Below are positions 59,701 to 64,000 of a stretch of DNA of 64,000 nt, in pieces. The position numbers and the translations under genes were made by a program. Under the pieces are notes generated by a model. The model had not been told where the DNA came from and did not search any database. It saw only the letters and a program-made list of their open reading frames with translations. This DNA comes from the human T2T-CHM13v2.0 reference genome, Homo sapiens. Positions within the stretch are counted from its first letter, which is position 1. Each line of letters opens with the position of its first letter. The stretch is taken from the NCBI RefSeq assembly GCF_009914755.1, contig NC_060940.1, one strand, 5' to 3'.

Positions 59701-60479
59701 ACTGCTGCAAACTATCCCTCCAGCTCCAGAACACCACAGGCTCCAGCCTCTGCAAACCTGGTGGGTCCTCGGTCTGCACATGCCACAGCTCCTGTGAATA
59801 TTGCCGGCTCCAGAACCGCCGCAGCCTTGGCCCCCGCGAGCCTCACCAGTGCTAGGATGGCTCCAGCATTGTCTGGTGCAAACCTCACCAGCCCCAGGGT
59901 GCCCCTTTCTGCCTACGAGCGTGTCAGTGGCAGAACCTCACCACCGCTCCTTGACCGAGCTAGGTCCAGAACACCACCGTCTGCCCCAAGCCAATCTAGG
60001 ATGACCTCTGAACGGGCTCCCTCCCCTTCCTCTAGAATGGGCCAGGCTCCTTCACAGTCTCTTCTCCCTCCAGCACAGGATCAGCCGAGGTCTCCTGTGC
60101 CTTCTGCTTTTTCAGACCAATCCCGTTGTTTGATTGCCCAGACCACCCCTGTAGCAGGGTCTCAGTCCCTTTCCTCTGGGGCAGTGGCAACGACCACGTC
60201 CTCTGCTGGTGATCACAATGGCATGCTCTCTGTCCCTGCCCCTGGGGTGCCCCACTCTGATGTGGGGGAGCCACCTGCCTCTACTGGGGCCCAGCAGCCT
60301 TCTGCATTAGCCGCCCTGCAGCCAGCAAAGGAGCGGCGGAGTTCCTCCTCGTCGTCGTCGTCCTCTAGCTCCTCCTCCTCTTCATCATCGTCGTCGTCGT
60401 CCTCCTCCTCCTCTGGCTCCAGTTCTAGTGACTCAGAGGGCTCTAGCCTTCCTGTGCAACCTGAGGTGGCACTGAAGAG
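53779..60479 (+). CDS. SRRM2: SRRM2 exon 11 (6701 nt), RS/Ser/Pro-rich disordered region
   Basis: CTCTTAG|AAA TCT GCA...; uninterrupted ORF (track 53917..60483 lies within it); donor AAG AG|GTGAGG. Confidence 0.98.
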
Positions 60480-61214
60480 GTGAGGGAGCTTGACTTTTAG
60501 AAATCTTCAGTGGGGGAGGTATTGGGGATGGGTTGGGGAGTGGGGAGGGAGAAACCATGTCACAGGTGCTTGGCTCTTGGAGGAGGTATGGGGACCTTGA
60601 CCCTCAAGCTGGGGGTAGAAGAGAATGCTGGGGCAGGGGGCGGAGGGAGGAGGAATGGGACAGATAAAAGTCTCCGAAGGTTCATTCTCTAGAGGATAAT
60701 GATAAGTTTTCCGTCTCTACAGAGGACAGAACTAGAGGAAATGGACTTAATTTTACAGCAGGAGGGATGGCAGTTAGACCTCAAGAGGAACTCCCTGGGC
60801 TGGAAGGATCTTCAGAGGTCATCCCATCCCTCTCCCTGCCTCCAGGCAGGACGGCCCCTTCCCCAGCCAACCTGCACTCACAGGGGCCTCCCCAAGCTGC
60901 GGCTCTCCGAGGAAGGAGACGACCCAGCTTCAGCTTCCACACCTGAGCCCAGAGGCCTTATTCCTCCATCAGGGACATTCTTGAGGTTTAACCTTGATCC
61001 CTTATGCTGCGGGCCCCAGCCTGTTGCTTCTGTTAGCAGAGGTTGGGTCAGCTCGCACCACTGCTCTCCAGAGAATTGCTGGCTCACGTGGCTCGGAGAG
61101 CTCCCAGCGCCTTTCTCAGGCACCCCTCCCCCCACTGCCGTTCCTCCAGGCCAAGGAAGGTAGGGTTGGGGCTGGGGCAGCTTGTCTCCTTGTGACACTC
61201 CTCTCCTCCCACAG

Positions 61215-61502
61215 GGTCCCCAGCCCCACCCCAGCCCCAAAGGAGGCTGTTCGAGAGGGACGTCCTCCGGAGCCAACCCCAGCCAAACGGAAGAGGCGCT
61301 CTAGCAGTTCCAGTTCCAGCTCCTCCTCTTCATCTTCCTCCTCCTCCTCCTCCTCCTCTTCTTCCTCCTCCTCTTCCTCTTCTTCTTCTTCCTCCTCATC
61401 TTCCTCCTCCTCGTCGTCTTCCTCCCCTTCCCCTGCTAAGCCTGGCCCTCAGGCCTTGCCCAAACCTGCAAGCCCCAAGAAGCCACCCCCTGGCGAGCGG
61501 AG
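61215..61502 (+). CDS. SRRM2: SRRM2 exon 12 (288 nt) with 42-Ser tract
   Basis: CCCACAG|G GTC CCC...CGG AG|GTGAGT. Confidence 0.97.
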
Positions 61503-62569
61503 GTGAGTGCTGTCTTGCCTGAGTTGAAAGGTGGGTGGGGGAGTGACTTGTCCAGAGAAGGGGCCCTGGGGTGTGAGCTCCCCGCTGGGTGTCTCACGTG
61601 GCCTTGGGCATCTGGTTGTGGGGGAGGAGGCACTTGCTCTCCTCTCCCCATGCTCGTTGCACCCTGTTCTGGCGAAGGGCTGCGCCATCCACAGCGGCGC
61701 TCAGGCCAGGACCAGGGGGTCCTTGGTTTCTTCCTCTCCCTCCCTCAACACATAGCCTGTTCCCAGGGTTCTAGCTTTGTCTCCCTGTTGCTACTGCCAG
61801 GGCTCTGGTCTGGCCACCATCATCTTCTCCCGACTCTGTCCACAGCCTCCTCCCTGTCTCCCCGTCTCCACGCCATTCTCTTCCACATGTAGCCAGAGGG
61901 ACCTTTCTAAAACGCACATCTGGCTACTTCCCTCCACTCCACAAATCCTTCGGGACGCCCTGTGGCCTGCAGGACAAAGCCCCACCTCTGCGGGAGTGGC
62001 GTGTGAGGCTCTTCACCAACGGGCCTTGCCCGCCCTGTGTTCTCCTCCTGCCCGCCCCCACACATGCCCTGTGCTCCAGCCACACCCAGCGCCTTGCAGT
62101 CTAAGGAGAGCCCATGCCTTTGGACATGCTGTTCCTTCTGCCTGGAATTTCCTTGTCCGCCTGGTGAACTCCTCGTTCTGCAAGACTCCGCTCAAAACAG
62201 CACCTTCGAGAAGACTGCCCTGCCCCTTCCCTGCCTTGCCCCATGTCCCCCTCCCTTGGGTCCCCAGAGCCACGCACATCCAGCCCTGCTTCCCACACAC
62301 GGGGCCGTGCGTGCCTTTCTTCACCACTGAGCTCCTTCAAGGGCAGGGACTGTCTTTATCTTTGCATCCCCCGCTGCACCCTGTGCCTGCCCACTGGGCA
62401 CTCGGTGGATGGTGTGCGGGCGGATGGGTGAGTGAGCGGACAAAGGTGGGTCTGAGGCTGGCCCTGTGTGGTGTGAGGTTTGGTGGTCAGGACCTGGGCG
62501 GGTGGTCCTGAGTGCTGGCCCGTGTGCTTGAAAGGGTGTGGTGCTATTGGGTCCTACTGTGTTCCCCAG

Positions 62570-62683
62570 GTCCCGCAGCCCCCGGAAGCCAATAGACTCC
62601 CTCAGGGACTCTCGGTCCCTCAGCTACTCGCCTGTGGAGCGTCGCCGTCCCTCGCCCCAGCCCTCACCACGGGACCAGCAGAG
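62570..62683 (+). CDS. SRRM2: SRRM2 exon 13 (114 nt)
   Basis: TCCCCAG|G TCC CGC AGC...CAG AG|GTAAGG. Confidence 0.95.
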
Positions 62684-62821
62684 GTAAGGCCAACTGCAGG
62701 TGTCAGCACCCAGCCTGTCTGGCCGCCACTGCTTTCTACAAAGAAGAAAGCTTTGCGGTTGTGGCTATGTGGTGCCTGAGGTGGTGCCACCCTGTGGCCT
62801 GATGTCTGTCCTGTGTTGCAG

Positions 62822-62935
62822 CAGCAGCAGTGAGCGGGGTTCCCGGAGAGGCCAGCGTGGGGACAGCCGCTCCCCCAGCCACAAGCGCAGGAGGGAGACA
62901 CCTAGCCCTCGGCCCATGAGACACCGCTCCTCCAG
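62822..62935 (+). CDS. SRRM2: SRRM2 exon 14 (114 nt; CAG x4 acceptor)
   Basis: TTGCAG|CAGCAGCAGTGAG...TCC AG|GTGCGT. Confidence 0.93.
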
Positions 62936-63075
62936 GTGCGTGTCCTGGAAGGCTGATGCCCCCTTCCGGGAGCCAGTTGTGGTGGTGGGTGGCGGCCCCA
63001 TTTTGGGAGTGGCCCAGAAACTGGCCTTGAGGGCTGGGGTGGGAACTCCCTGTTGACCCATATCTTCTCTTGCAG

Positions 63076-63085
63076 GTCTCCATAA
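63076..63085 (+). CDS. SRRM2: SRRM2 exon 15 coding part (SP-stop); 3' UTR continues to ~63627
   Basis: CTTGCAG|G TCT CCA TAA; all coding exons sum to 8259 nt = 2752 aa plus stop. Confidence 0.95.
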
Positions 63086-63607
63086 ATTGTCTTTGGGGGA
63101 TTCCACCACACCCAATGCTCTGGAGCCACAAGGAGTGTCCCTTCTTCCCCAGCAGAGCCGTGGGAGGGTCCTTGTCTGCTCTCCTTTGAACCTTGGCAGC
63201 CCTTGGATGGAGGGCTCCCTTTCCCTCCCCTTTTTTTTTTCTTTGTTCCTGTGAAATGTTAATCTCCGTGAGTTCTTCCTGGTTCATGTGTTCTGGGGGG
63301 TTTGGGGTGGGAGGGAATGCAGATGGGAGTTGGGGGAGGGGAGGATACAGTTCAGGATACCCCAGCCTGGAGTCAGGGCCAGGGAGGCATGGCCCCACTT
63401 GTATCCAGAAGTTCCCAGGGGTGATTGTGATGGTGGTTGGGACTGGAGGTTGTATAAGGTGTTCTTGGAAGGAAGGGGCAGGAGTTGGAATTAGTTGGTC
63501 CCTACTGTCCCCCATGAGGTTGTGAACCCCTCCCCCCAACTTTTCATGTTTCTTAAAGGCATTTTGGTTTTTTAAAATCTGTACAGCAAGAGCAACTTTT
63601 TCTGTCA

Positions 63608-63613
63608 AATAAA
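63608..63613 (+). terminator. SRRM2: SRRM2 polyadenylation signal AATAAA
   Basis: AATAAA with upstream TGTA and U-rich elements. Confidence 0.9.
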
Positions 63614-63646
63614 AATGAGAAATGCAGGAACTGGGTCTGTAGACTG

Positions 63647-63652
63647 TTTATT
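63647..63652 (-). terminator. ELOB: ELOB distal polyadenylation signal AATAAA
   Basis: TTTATT on the + strand, 38 nt past the stop of the ELOB terminal exon. Confidence 0.8.
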
Positions 63653-63689
63653 AAAGGTGTGTTAAGGGGGCAGCCACTTCCCTCCGTGA

Positions 63690-63822
63690 TTACAGCCCCC
63701 AGCGTGGGTGGACCTGTGTGGGTCCGTCTTGGGGTTCCCTCGTTGAACATGCTGTCAAACCAGGACACTGGCTCCAGCTTGTGTTTCTGTTCTTGGCCAT
63801 CGTCTGGGAGTGGACATGCAGG
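63690..63822 (-). CDS. ELOB: ELOB (TCEB2, elongin B) alternative terminal exon of the long isoform
   Basis: CCCCATAG|C CTG CAT GTC...; LHVHSQTMAKNRNTSWSQCPGLTACSTREPQDGPTQVHPRWGL*, matching the recalled C-terminal extension of the long ELOB isoform. Confidence 0.85.
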
Positions 63823-64000
63823 CTATGGGGGTGGGGGGCACTTAGAAGGAGAAAGGCCTAAAACTGGAATCTCTTGTCCCTGAGGCTGGCTCTGGTCTTT
63901 GTGTCTCTCCCAGTCCTTCCCTTTCCTCCCCCTGGCGTGGTTGGTGTGGCTGGCTAGCTGCTAACAATGGCTTGGGTCTCAGGGCAACCCAGGTCCCCAT

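Noticed and set aside
60699-61163. 154-aa ORF or possible cassette exon in SRRM2 intron 11
   Set aside because: Several AGs and a donor at 61160 exist, but the peptide is not SRRM2-like and part of the region looks like an old repeat. Not supportable without RNA data.

Overview
Human-type eukaryotic genomic DNA that I recognise as chromosome 16p13.3. In order it contains: the KCTD5 3' UTR end (+); the complete six-exon PRSS27 serine protease gene (-, 290 aa reconstructed); a CpG island; a ~15 kb Alu/ERV-dense block; a GC-rich intergenic stretch (~28.6-36 kb) overlapped by the antisense lncRNA SRRM2-AS1; a second Alu/MaLR block; the bidirectional SRRM2 CpG-island promoter; the complete 15-exon SRRM2 gene (+, 8259-nt CDS, 2752 aa, with a 6701-nt exon 11); and the distal terminal exon of ELOB (-), which abuts the SRRM2 3' end. 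The main unexplained structure is at 29.0-35.9 kb. It is four diverged, non-Alu tandem copies of a ~0.45 kb unit carrying a + strand skeleton of phase-0 micro-exons (9 and 24 nt, preceded by a 15-nt ATG exon). Splice sites are intact in the first copies and broken in the later ones. This could be an unannotated micro-exon gene or a decaying pseudogene cluster. Gene identities come from recognising translated sequence; no database search was run.
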